Below are positions 1 to 11,570 of a stretch of 64,000 nt of DNA, in pieces. The position numbers and the translations under genes are program-made. The notes under the pieces were generated by a model, which was not told the DNA's origin, did not search any database, and saw only the letters and a list, made by a program, of their open reading frames with translations. Source of the DNA: Felis catus (taxonomy: Eukaryota); NCBI RefSeq assembly GCF_018350175.1, contig NC_058373.1:113214001-113278000 (forward strand), read 5' to 3'. Numbering within the stretch: the stretch's first letter is position 1; each line of letters begins with the position of its first letter.

Positions 1-1369
1 CACTTGTTATTTTCTGGTTTTTTGATGATGGTCATCCTAATGGGTTGAAAGTGGAAGCTCGTTGTGGTCACATTTGTCTTTCACTGCTCCATTAAGCAGG
101 TTTTGGTGTTGGTTCCAATGTTGAAAGGAAACCAGTGGGCTGACAGTCCTCTCTTACTTCGTATTGCCTTCCTCTTCTCTCTTCTCAACCCCACCAGTCT
201 TTAAGGCTCCATCCTGCTTCCCTGAAGGCTGGCCCCCAGATCTCTCAGCTTTTTCCTTGCCCTCCATCAGTGACTGTCTGGATGACTCAGTTGCCTCTTT
301 CTCCAGTGCCACCCTGTTTGCTGTTATAAGGCATATGCCCTCTGATCCAGCTAGCTAGTACACAGCTAGCTAGCTGTGTATTCCTTGAGGGAAGGGACTA
401 TTTTCCAGTCCTCTGTTCTGCAGCCTTGGCACAAGCCTCTCCAGAGCAGGCAGTCTCTAAACGATGCATGTTTGGGTGTGTGTGTGTGAGGGGGGTGAGG
501 GGAGCAGTTCAGGGCTGCATCAGGAATGGAAAGGCAGATGATGAAAACATGCATCCCAGCTCTGTCAGCTGCCAGTGGACACCAGGCTTGACACTTCTGT
601 CAAGGTGGGAGAGGGGACAGAGGTTAACAAGATGTATATGTAGTCTGCATGCCTGTCTGGGAATCCCAGCCTCATCTTTCAGCTAACACAGACCTAGTCA
701 CAATTAATAACCCACCTCAATACCCTCCCTTGTGGATTGCTTTGTGGTCTTCCAAGCACTTCCATTTACATTTTGTCATTGGTTTTTACAAAATTAAGAT
801 TCATATGAATGACAGGTAGTTTAACTCCTGTTTTTTAAGAGAGACAGTTGGGGCTCAGAGAGAGGTCATTTGCCCCATATCCCAGGGCCAGTAGATGGAA
901 AGGCTAAGACTAGGATCCACATCTCCTGGTTTCTGCTTCAGCACCCATCCCCTTGCACACCACTGCCCATCTAGACATGTGCGCCTGATGGTACTCCCCT
1001 CCTCAAAAACATTCAGTGGCCCCCCATTTCCTAATGAAATGTCACAGCATTCTTGGCCTGGCATTCAAGACTCACTAGGATCTCATGCCAGCCTACTTTT
1101 TCAGCCTTATTCTCACAGGCCAACTCTCCCGGTCTTCCCTCCCCTCCTTGTAGATTCTATCCGTGTATTTCCTGTGGCCTTTCCTCTCACCTCCACAAGC
1201 ACAAACCCAGCTTCCAGGTTACCTTCAGAACAAAATCTTTTTCATCCTCCCCGCCACAGTCCTCCCCTCCCCCCACTAAATAGCCATAGCACTCACTCTA
1301 TCTCTCTTTGGCCCAGATGATTTCCTGTTTTATTATGTTGATAACATTCAGTCCCCATCCAGATGTTTT

Positions 1370-1682
1370 TCCTGTGTTCTGCACCTCTGTATCCCACTCC
1401 TTCCTGAACACTTCCACCTAAATGTCCTATAGGCACCTCAAATCCTTTCCTAAATCAGACTCATTATCTTTTCCCCAAAACTTGTCTTCCTCCTGTGACC
1501 CCAGTCTGATTAAAGGAACCACCAAGCACCCAGTTAGCAGCCAGAGGCTCTAGTGTCATGCTAACTTCCTCTGCTGCGTCTCCACTCGAACATGAGCTCC
1601 CTGAGAATAAGGACCTTGTCCGTCTGGTTCAGTACTGCATCCCCACTGCCTACAATAGTGTCTGGCACACAGCATTCAATGA
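1370..1682 (+). mobile_element. L2 remnant
   Basis: atgtcctataggcacctcaaa...; gagctccctgag...cagtactgcatccccactgcctacaatagtgtctggcaca. Confidence 0.6.
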
Positions 1683-1699
1683 AAAAAAAAAAAAGACAT

Positions 1700-2285
1700 T
1701 TATTAATAGTTTATAATTGCTACGTAAGTCATTCCAAAACTCAGTGGCTTCAATCAACTCTCATTTGTTACTACTACTTGTGTGTCTGGGTTAGGGGATC
1801 TTGGGTGGCCTCGATCATGAGACTGCTTGTCATTTGGGGGTTCTGTCCTATCCTTGGCTGGGGTGGCTCTTATCTACTTATCTCACATCCCAGGCACGCT
1901 TTCTCATGGCAAGGGCAGAAGCACATGAACGAGCAAGCCCTGCTGCACCCATGCTTTTTTTTTTTTTTTTAATTTTTTTTTTTTTTTTTTTTTTTACTGT
2001 TTATTTATTTTTGAGAGAGAGAGAGAGACAGAGCATGAGCAAGGGAAGGGCAGAGGGAGAGACACACACAGAATCTGAAGCAGGCTCCAGGCTTCGAGCT
2101 GTCAGCACAGAGCCTGATGCGGGGCTCGAACTCACAAACTGTGAGATCGTGACCTGAGCTGAAGTCAGATGCTTAATCAACTGAGCCACCCAGGCGCCCC
2201 TGCACCCATGCTTTTCAAGACTCTGGTTAACTCATGCCCACTAACATCTTCTTGATCAAAACAAGTCACATGGCAAGGCCACCAA
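1700..2285. mobile_element. MLT1-type (MaLR) LTR remnant, interrupted by a SINE
   Basis: ccaaaactcagtggctt... and ...caaaacaagtcacatggc motifs recalled from MLT1 LTRs. Confidence 0.6.
1959..2200 (-). mobile_element. CAN-SINE (SINEC_Fc-like)
   Basis: tRNA-derived head, (CT)n tract, long poly(A); TSD tgcacccatgctttt at 1944-1958 and 2201-2215. Confidence 0.95.
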
Positions 2286-2483
2286 GTCAGCCATTACCTC
2301 CTGTCCTTTCCACCACTTAAATATCTTTGAAATCATCTCTTCCTCTTCACTCCTCTTTCTCATTGCTGCTGCTCTGCTTTAAGCTGTCACCATCTCTCAC
2401 CCAGATGCCCCCAGGTGTCTTCCAGGGGGTGCCTGGAAGGTGCCTATTCCTTTCCAATCCACTCATCACACTAAGAGCATGTA

Positions 2484-2690
2484 GAGGGCGCCGGGGTGGC
2501 TCGGTTGGGTAAGCATCTGACTTCAGCTCAGGTCGTGATCTCACAGTTTGTGGGTTTGAGTCCCACGTCCGGCTCTGTGCTGACAGCTCAGAGCCTGGAG
2601 CCTGCTTCGGATCTGTGTCTCCCTCTCTCTCTGCCCCTCCCCCACTGGTGCTCTGTCTCTGTCTCTCAAATAAACATTAAAAATTTTTTT
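2484..2690 (+). mobile_element. CAN-SINE (SINEC_Fc-like)
   Basis: gggcgccggggtggctc head, CT tract, AATAAA tail; degenerate TSD aagag(c/t)atgta. Confidence 0.93.
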
Positions 2691-3514
2691 AAAGAGTATG
2701 TAAAAACAGCAATCTTTCTCAAACGCGAATTTGATATTTCTCCCCATGTGGGCCTATTAGTGGATCTTTACCATCTATGCAATAAGGCTCAAACCCCTAG
2801 GGATGGCTGGCAAAGCCCTTTATGAGCCACCTCTGCCTCAGATCTTGTCCTCTGGATCTTTTCATTACTGCTTTTGCTACCTGGGGTGCCTTTCCCAACT
2901 GCTACGGCCACCACCACCCCCAACCCATGGCCCATGAGCCCATAATCTTCAAGGTCCAGCTTCTCTGTGAAGATTTTCCTGAACACCTCCAATTCCAGAG
3001 CTATCTGCTGCCCTGTTTGTCCACCTCTGCACCCAGTTCACTTCTGTGACAACAGTTAGCACTATGCTTTGCTATGCACCAGTGGCCCCTTGATGAACGT
3101 TTATTATAATGTTAAGAGGAAAAAAAAGCAGGATTCAAAACTAAATAATTAATATGATTTTGATTTTGCAAAAGCCTACATACATGTAAACGTACAAAAA
3201 ATTAGCCATAATCATCTCTGGAGGGTGACATCACAAGTGATTTTTATTTCCTTTTTTAAACTTCTCGTATAGTCTAAAAATTTTTTCTACCAAGTATGTA
3301 TAAACTTTTACAAAAATAAAATTTAACTTAAAACTGTTTGTTGTATGAATATGTATTAATCATCTTTGTGCCTTGTATAGAGAAGATATTCAACAAACTT
3401 GCCAGACAAATGAACCTTAGGACACCTGAAGTCCTGAAAAATTAATGCAGGCTGTTCCCTCCTGAGCCATCATCACCAACAACAAACCATGCCTCACAGG
3501 TTTGAATAACATAA

Positions 3515-3740
3515 AGTGGTTAAGCCCAGGGGCTCTAGACTCTAACTTTCTGATTCAAACGGGCTGGTACCCTTCACCTGTGGGCTCCAGGGCACGTTAC
3601 CAGACCTTTCTATAAAACGGTTTCCTTTTTCCCTCAGTTTCCTTATAGATAAAGGGAAAATAACAAGAGTACTTCCGAGGATGACTGTAAGGATGAATGA
3701 GCTAATAGACGCTACTGAACTTATAGCAAATGCTCAAGAA
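3515..3740 (+). mobile_element. MIR SINE
   Basis: gtggttaagcccaggggctctaga...ctcagtttcc...gtaaggatgaatgagctaat. Confidence 0.65.
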
Positions 3741-6700
3741 AGTGTGGCTGTCACTTCTGGCACAGAGATGGGCTTCCTGGTGAGCTTCTCCCACTTTGAG
3801 TGCCACCTCGTACCCAAGGCGGGACATTCTGCCCCTGTCCTCACTAGCGGTTGGGCAGCCTTCCTTGCCAAGCAGGTCAGGTTTTCACCTCCACCCAGAG
3901 CACAGCCCAGCAGCCAAGCAACCCTGTGAAACCAATAACCACACACGCAGCCCCTGAGGAAACAAAGGTTGCATAGAGGAGGGCTTGGCCAGCTTCCAGC
4001 CTCTGTGTGGCTGGGGAGGTTTAATGGAAAGGGGGGGGGGCGGCACTCAGAACTAGCCCTCTGAGGTCCAGGCTTGAAAAGCAGGGTGGAACGAAAGGGC
4101 CAGCATTCCTGGCAAGCTTCTCACACCCTCATTCTATCCTGAACCCCCAACAGGCTTTTAGACCCCTGGAGTGGGAGAGAACAGATTGAAGCTCCAGGGA
4201 AACTCACTGAGAATGAGGAGGGGCCCATGACCCCAGGCAGGGGGGCTGTGGTGGCCTGGAAACCACTTTGTCTCCCACCCAACTCAGGCCCCTCTGAACT
4301 TAGGTCTGTCCACCTGACCTGCACTGGCACCTCTGGCCCCTCTGGCCCACAGGATCCTGTTCATCCTATGCAGCATCCTGACATAACTAATGGAGTCCTC
4401 GGGTCAGCACCCCACCTTAATGTTGACTTTAAAACCCTGCTCATCTTTAGAGATAGCCAAGGTTTCCCAGTCAGTAACAACTTGTGGGGTCCAGTCACAC
4501 CCCCTGGAAGCAGGTGACTTTAAAGAGCTGGACCTCCAAACCTTAGAGCAGAAGCAAGCAAGAACAAAGGAATAGCCATTAAACAGTGGAAGGAGGGCAA
4601 GATGTTGAACAGAAGAGAGGATGGAGAAGAGAGAACAGGGTGAGTCCAAGGCCTGGATTCCATTTCTGGAACCTTCCCTACCTGGAAGAACATGGGTAGG
4701 CAGAGGGGAAGCATACCTAGGCCAGGTCAGGCTGTATCTGTGGGGTTTTGCCAGAAGAACATGCCTAGTCCATGTGAGACAAAAAGGAGAAACTGGACGT
4801 CCTGGCTGGAGACAGGAGATGAGGGGGAAAGACAGAGAAAGGGGATGTGAGACAGTGTTATCAGCTGGGATGGCAGCTCACACTGTGGTGGGACAGACAC
4901 TAACATTAGAAGCGGCATTGGCTTGGGTAGATTTGCAAAACTCCACTCCCCAAACCCAATGCTAATACTCATGGGAGCCATGCTTAAACTTTGAGCTGGG
5001 ACAGGCTCCCTGACCCCCTGCTGGCCCAACAGACCCATATCCCTGCCCAGGCCTCCCCCCACCCGAGCCCTTTCCCCACATTCTTCCAGTACCTCCTTGC
5101 TCGGCACTGAGATCAGAGACCTGGGAAGGCCTGCATCAGGAAGAACCAGTAGCTCACTGGACATTGGCCTCTTTCTCCTGGTGACAAACACAACCATCCT
5201 GAGAACGATGACACAAAGACAGGATGGCCCAGGAAAGAAAACTCAAGGTGAAGTGAGGAGGAGAGCGTGGGCAAGGATGAAAACAAGAAGGAGAAAAGAG
5301 CTGTGGACGGTTTCACATGCAGGATATGGAGAACAACACTCATGTACAAGAGCCTTCATACTTGTTGATAAAAGGGCCTGGGAATACGGAGTTCCAGCCA
5401 AGGGCCAGAACTCAAGGTGACTTGGTAGAGCAGGGCACCATCCCCCACCCCCCCAAGGGGACAGGTGATAGATGACTTTGTGGGGAGGGGGTCAGAATCT
5501 TGCTCCCTAGGAGTATCTCACCAGCTTCCAGAACCTGCTGAGTTATTCCCTACGCAGAGAGCACAGCAAGTTGAGAGGGGCGAAGAGAATGCCACAAGTC
5601 TGAGACAGGCTGGAGGCAAAACCAGATAAGGCAACTGCCTTTGGTTTTACTCAAAACTCTCATCTTGTTCCAGGAAGCTAAGGTGCCACAACACAATGAC
5701 CCTGGGAATTTCTGTCCAGAGGAGCATCTTGATAGAAAATCGGGATTCCTCTTATATGCAACCAGGCTGGGCAGGGCTTCGCCTCATTACTAGGCCTCTT
5801 TCACCTCATTTACTTCCCCATTCCTAGGCACCAAAATCGCTACAGTTCCATGTGCTGGGGAGAGACACAGCCCTTATAGGGGGCCCCTGGGAGCAAGGCA
5901 GTAGAGGCGGGGGGCGGGGGGGGGGGGACTCTGAGTCCAGCCCCCTGATAGGCTCTGTGCTGGAAGTGAGTGGAATCTATGAGGGGTGGGCAGGTGTCCT
6001 AACATCTGGGTGAAAGATGCAAGGTCTGAAACCATCCTCACCTTGCACTGTGGTAATCAAGTTGGGAGGGGTGAGGGTGGGAGGAACATATGGGCTTGCT
6101 TCAGGGCCAGAAAGGAAACAAGCAGATCTAAATACCTGTGGTCACTGGCTAGCCCAGACACCATAGAGTTCCACCCTTTCTTGCTATGGGCATCCCCCAG
6201 AAAACTCTTTGGGATGGTCTTCCTGCTACCTCCCAAGTCACAGTAATCATCAGCCACTCTTCTCAGCACTTACTAGGTATTAACTCAGATAATATTCAAG
6301 CCTATTTTATAGATGGGGCAATTGAGGAAGGGGAAGTCTTAATAAGTCTTAAGAATTACAGCTATAAAAGCCAGAGCTAGGATTCAAACCCAGCAAGTCT
6401 GGCTCCAGAGCCTTCATTCCCAATCAGCACACCGCACTGCCCTTGAAGCTGACTACAGGCTCCTCTATAGGCACCACCACTTTCTGAGTTTCTGCTTCTG
6501 GAAGACTAGGATGGTATATGGAGAGGAAACAAGAAGCAAGAGCAACATGAACCTCTAGGTAGATCATCAATGAAGCCCAGAACAGGTGTCAGAGCCATTG
6601 CAGGCTCTCGTCCTATTCTGAGAGGCCAAGTTCTGTTCTAAGGCCAAGTTCTGGCAAGATCCACACAATGATCCTCCAGGGTCATAGCGGACCCTCACAG

Positions 6701-7119
6701 GACCATGGTAGCAGCCACCCCTGAGGGCCTCAAGGTGTGTGCCATTCAAAGACCTTTCACCAAGACACACACTGGTCCCCGTCAGGCTACCCTGACTGCC
6801 AGCCCACCCTCATATTGGCTGGGAATCTCAGATGGCCCAGCCCTGCCGTGGACATTCAGCCAAGAGCAGTGACCAGCATCACACTGCCCAGAGAAGCCTG
6901 GTGCCTGGAGCAGCACCAGGGAGAGTGTCAGGAGCAACCATTCCACACAAAGCAGCAGGCCAAAGAGGATTTTAGAAGGCCTCAGATGCTAAGCAAATCC
7001 CAGCTGGCAGACACAGGAGGACAAGTGGGCCTGGAGAACACAGCCTGGCACAGAGGTTCGCCAGGGCTCAGGCAGTAAAGGGCACCTAGCAGTTGGGGCT
7101 CTGAGGCTGGGCATCCTGA

Positions 7120-7455
7120 GTGTTGCCTGCAAGGCTCTTTCCAGACCTCACTTGGCTGCTTCTGTATTGTTACTCAGATCTCAGCTCAACTGTCACCCCT
7201 GAGACCTTCTCTGGTCTCGAATCCAAAACAGCCTTCCCATCACTGACATCATCATATTTCATTCCTCCAGCACTTTCACTTTCTACTATTTTGCTACTTG
7301 TTTGTTGTCTGTCTCCTCCAACTAGAATGAATGCTCCATGAGGGCAGGGGCTCTGTCTTGTTCACTGCTGGGTTCCCAGTGCCTACAACAGTGCCTGGTG
7401 ATAAGACCCACTAATACTTCTGGCATGGATGGATGAATGAATGAATGAATGAATG
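7120..7455 (+). mobile_element. L2 3' end
   Basis: ctagaatgaatgctccatgagggcaggg...gtgcctacaacagtgcctgg followed by a (TGAA)n tail. Confidence 0.75.
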
Positions 7456-8153
7456 GGCCCACACAGGCACAGGCTCTTAAATACTGATAAGGGCAGGTGT
7501 AAACAGCTAGCAGCTCAGCCTTTCTCTTCTCCCCTTTCTTGGCAGATATAGCCTTTAAAATTTTTCAATGCTAACATTTTAAAATATCTTTATTATTTTT
7601 CCTGATTATAAAAGTAACATGTGCTCACACCTGAAATTTAAACATTATGGAAAGGAATGACCTAGAAAGTAAAAATCTTCCATCACCCCACATCTTAGAG
7701 AAAGTCACTGTTAATGGTGTGTTGTATATTCACCTGGATTACATTTAGCTTTAAAAGAAGCAAATCCATGTATCATAGAAAGAAAAGGAATTCATAATTC
7801 CACCACACTAGCAGCCATTATCACTTCTCCCTTGCAATTTTTTCTCATGTGTTTATTTTACAAGTTGCTTTAATGTACTTATTCTATAACCTGACATTTT
7901 CACTTATTATAAAATAATCATTTCCCCAGTTGTTATATTGCTTTTGTTCTCATTATTATAATGGCTATGTGATATTCCACCAGGTGGAAAACTATAATTT
8001 ACTTAACTTAGGTGTTCAGAAAAGGGAGACAGAACAATTGTTTCCCACTCTCACTATTACAATGACACCACAAGAAACATCTTTTTTTATGCCTGTAACA
8101 AAAGAATTCAGCCTTTTCCTTCTCTAGGAATATATCCTAAAGAAAGATTTCTT

Positions 8154-8807
8154 TTTTTTTTTTTAAGTAGGCTCCATGCTGGGTGTAGAGCCTAACACAG
8201 GGCTTGAACTCACAACCCTGAGATAAAGACTTGAGCTGACCAAATGTCCATCAACTGATGAATGGATAAAGAAGATGTGGTGTAAATATACAATGGAATA
8301 TTACTCAGCCATCAAAAAGAATGAAATCTTGCCATTTGCAATGATGTGGATGAAACTGGAGTGTATTATGCTAAGCAAAATAAGTCAGAGAAAGACAAAT
8401 ACCACGTGATTTCACTCATATGTGGAATTTAAGAAACAAAACAGATGAACATAGAGGAAGGGAAGGACAAATCAGCTAAAAACAGAGAGGAAGGCAAACC
8501 ATAAGAGACTCTTAACTATCGAAAACAAACTGAGGGTTGATGGAAGTAGGCAGGTGGGGGATGGGCTAGATGGGAGATGGCTATTAAGGTGGGTACTTGT
8601 GATGAGCACTGGGTATTATATGTAAGTGATGAATCACTAAATTCTACTCCTGAAACCAATACTAAACTATATGTTAACTAACTTGAATTTAAATACAATC
8701 TTGGAAGGAAAAAAAAGATAAATAATTAATAAAAAATAATAATAATAAAGACCTGAGCTAAGATCAAGAGTTGGACACTTGACTGACTGAGTCACCCAGG
8801 CGTACCT
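8154..8807 (-). mobile_element. Older CAN-SINE interrupted by an L1 3' fragment
   Basis: SINE halves at 8154-8239 and 8746-8807; TSD taaagaaagatttctt at 8138-8153 and 8808-8823. Confidence 0.9.
8240..8745 (+). mobile_element. 5'-truncated carnivore L1 (ORF2 end, 3'UTR, poly A)
   Basis: ccaaatgtccatcaactgatgaatggataaagaagatgtgg... L1 3' end; TSD taaagac(t/c)tgagct(g/a)a at 8224-8239 and 8746-8761. Confidence 0.93.
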
Positions 8808-9405
8808 TAAAGAAAGATTTCTTAATAACTCCAGAAATGGGATCACTGGACCAAAGGGTACAACAGTCTTAGGGATGATGGTGTAGATTGCCCTGGGGAA
8901 CTCTGTGTTATGTGGGGAATAGGTCTCTGGTCTGAGTCACCGTGCTCCCACAGTGGCCTCTGTGGCCATCTCTGTGCACCCACCCCACACCCACAGTTCA
9001 GGCTTGCACTACCCTAGCTACAAATCAACTTCCTGAAAGAGCCTCCAACCATAAACTGATTTTGCAAGCCCAGGCTGAGTGAAAAATAAATGCTAGCCCT
9101 GAGTTTTAAACTCCCACCGGCACTAGAGTCAACATCTACCTACAGCTGAGAAATACCTAGTTACCTTTGCCCTCCCTGCATGCTCCTATGTGGAAGCTAA
9201 GCCTCCCGGTTCCTATATGCCAGCCCAGCAGCTCCCAATAGCCCATCCAGTCAGGAGTGTAAAAGCACTGGCTCTCCCTGCCCTGTCTTCCAGGGGACTT
9301 CCCTGCCTGCTGGTCCCTGATCCCTCACTGGGACTGTTTGCCCTATGCAGACAATAGCCTTTAGGCCAGACAGGCCTTTGGGGCTTGGGAAAGCAGCCAA
9401 TTGTC

Positions 9406-9630
9406 TTTTTTTTTTTCTTTTAATTTTTAAGTTTATTTACTTTTGAGAGAGAGAAAGAGACAGAGCATGAGCGGGAAAGGGGCAGAGAGAGAGGGAGACC
9501 CAGAATCCAAGAAGCAGGTTCTAGGCTCTGAGCCATCAGCACAGAGCCCGGCATGGGGCTCAAACCCACGAACCGTGAGATCATGACCTGAGCCAAAGTA
9601 AGATGCTCAACCGAGACACCCAGAAGCCCC
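9406..9630 (-). mobile_element. CAN-SINE
   Basis: Reverse-complement SINE body; degenerate TSD ccaat(t/c)gtc. Confidence 0.92.
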
Positions 9631-11069
9631 AACCAATCGTCATTTTCTAAAGCACCACTGAGGACAAGCCAGAGGTTAAGGCTGGAAAGAAAGCCCATAT
9701 GAGGACAGGTGAGACTCCACAGTTGGGGGTCCCCTGCTCTCCATGCAGTTATCTGGACTTGGGAGGAGGAAAACTTCCTCCTAACAGGCCAAAAGCAGCA
9801 GAGAACTTGCTCCTCTTGACCCCTTGGTGGCCACTTTTATGGCAGCTAAGGCACCACTAATCCCTCACCTCCCAGTGCCCTGGGTGCTCTACCCAAGGCC
9901 TTGTGAACTGTTCATAGCATCGGAGCAGAATCTGGAATCCCAGATGAGGTACAGTTCTCATTGCAGAGAGGTAAAGCCCAGGGCCCAAAGCATCCACGAG
10001 CCTACAGATAAGAGAGAGAATTTGGGAAGATGTCATCTCCTATGTGCTGGGTGTCTGACATCATTTGTGTCGGCCAATCTGGGTCTGGCACAGTTTTTAG
10101 AGGCCATGTGGCTATAAGATGGCTCCAACACATGAAACGGCCTGAAACTGCTGGACATTCCCCTCCTATTCCACAACTATAGCCCTGTGACAGGCCCTTG
10201 GACAGAACACAGGCTCATAATGAGAACCTCCAGACCTGTGACCATGCTGCCGAGGCAGGGAGGGCTGATGATCCCCGGGGATCCTGTAACATACTCACTT
10301 ATCACACCCTTGAGTGCACAACTCAGAACAGACATCAGGATCACTGTCCAGGAGTGTCCCAGGTTAACCTTTCTCCTGCTGCCTGGCTGGGCCTCCGTGC
10401 CATTCTCAGCAGCGTGGGCAAGCATCAGCCCCAGGGCTCAGCTGATCCTTGGCTAGTGGATGGGTGGCTTCCATGTGTCCCTGGGAATAAAAGAGGAGGG
10501 GTTCATTAGCTTCAACTGCCCCAGCTCCAACCCACCAGGCTAGTCGGAGGGGCAGCCTCAAGGTGAACGCTACAATTGCCTGGGCTCCGGGTTCAGTACC
10601 AGGCAGTCAGCCCATCCAGGCCACTGGGCCCCTGTCCTGGAACCTATTACCTCCTCTGTGCCATCCTGCTTGCTCAGGTCTGGTTAATCCAGCAATGACA
10701 GCCTGGGATGGATCCCAGGCAATTCACACTCGGGGCTAGGACTTAGGGCTTCTTGCACCATGAGTAAATGTGTGCACATTTGTAAATCTGAGAGGGGGTA
10801 TAATTTTAGAATCCAGTGCCATTCTCATTTAGCTTTGAATTACACTCTCACCTTCACCCTGCAGTGGCTACATCTTTCTCAAGGGCGGTCAAGAACCCCA
10901 GACAAGTAGGGCATTTGGGGTGTCAAGCACAACTACACAGAAAAACAAGCACACCAACAAAATGTGTGCTAGACCCTCTCCCTGCAATAATCCCACCACC
11001 CTAATATTTATTTCATTCTATTATATCACTGTGATTGTTGAGGCCCTTCCTATTAACATCAATAACATA

Positions 11070-11307
11070 AGGGTGCCTGGGTGGCTCAGTCGGTTAAGAA
11101 TCCGACTTCAGCTCAGGTCATGATCTCACGGTTTGTGGGTTCTAGCCCCACATCTGACTATGTGCTGACAGCTCAGAGCCTTGAGCCTGCTTCAGATTCT
11201 GTGTCTCCCTCGCTCTCTGCCCCTCCCCCACTAGCATTCTGTCTCTGTCTCTCAAAAACGAACTAAAAAAAAAAACCCACATTAAAAAATTAAAAAAAAA
11301 AAAAAAA
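11070..11307 (+). mobile_element. CAN-SINE (SINEC_Fc-like)
   Basis: gggtgcctgggtggctcagtcggttaag head, CT tract, long A tail. Confidence 0.93.
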
Positions 11308-11357
11308 CCAGACTACATGCTGATACAAATCTGGCCCCTGGCCACATACATCTTTTT

Positions 11358-11570
11358 TTTTTTTTTTCAACGTTTATTTATTTTTGGGACAGAGAGAGAC
11401 AGAGCATGAACGGGGGAGGGGCAGAGAGAGAGGGAGACACAGAATCGGAAACAGGCTCCAGGCTCTAAGCCATCAGCCCAGAGCCCGACGCGGGGCTCGA
11501 ACTCCCGGACCGCGAGATCGTGACCTGGCTGAAGTCGGACGCTTAACCGACTGCGCCACCCAGGCGCCCC
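11358..11570 (-). mobile_element. Very young CAN-SINE (SINEC_Fc-like)
   Basis: CpGs retained throughout; perfect 17-bp TSD gccacatacatcttttt at 11341-11357 and 11571-11587. Confidence 0.96.

Larger units (their letters stand above)
7580..8890 (-). mobile_element. Ancient L1ME-like remnant hosting the SINE/L1 nest
   Basis: AT-rich L1M-like motifs (ttttcctgattataaaagtaa; ccagaaatgggatcactggaccaaaggg) continue across the insertion. Confidence 0.5.
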
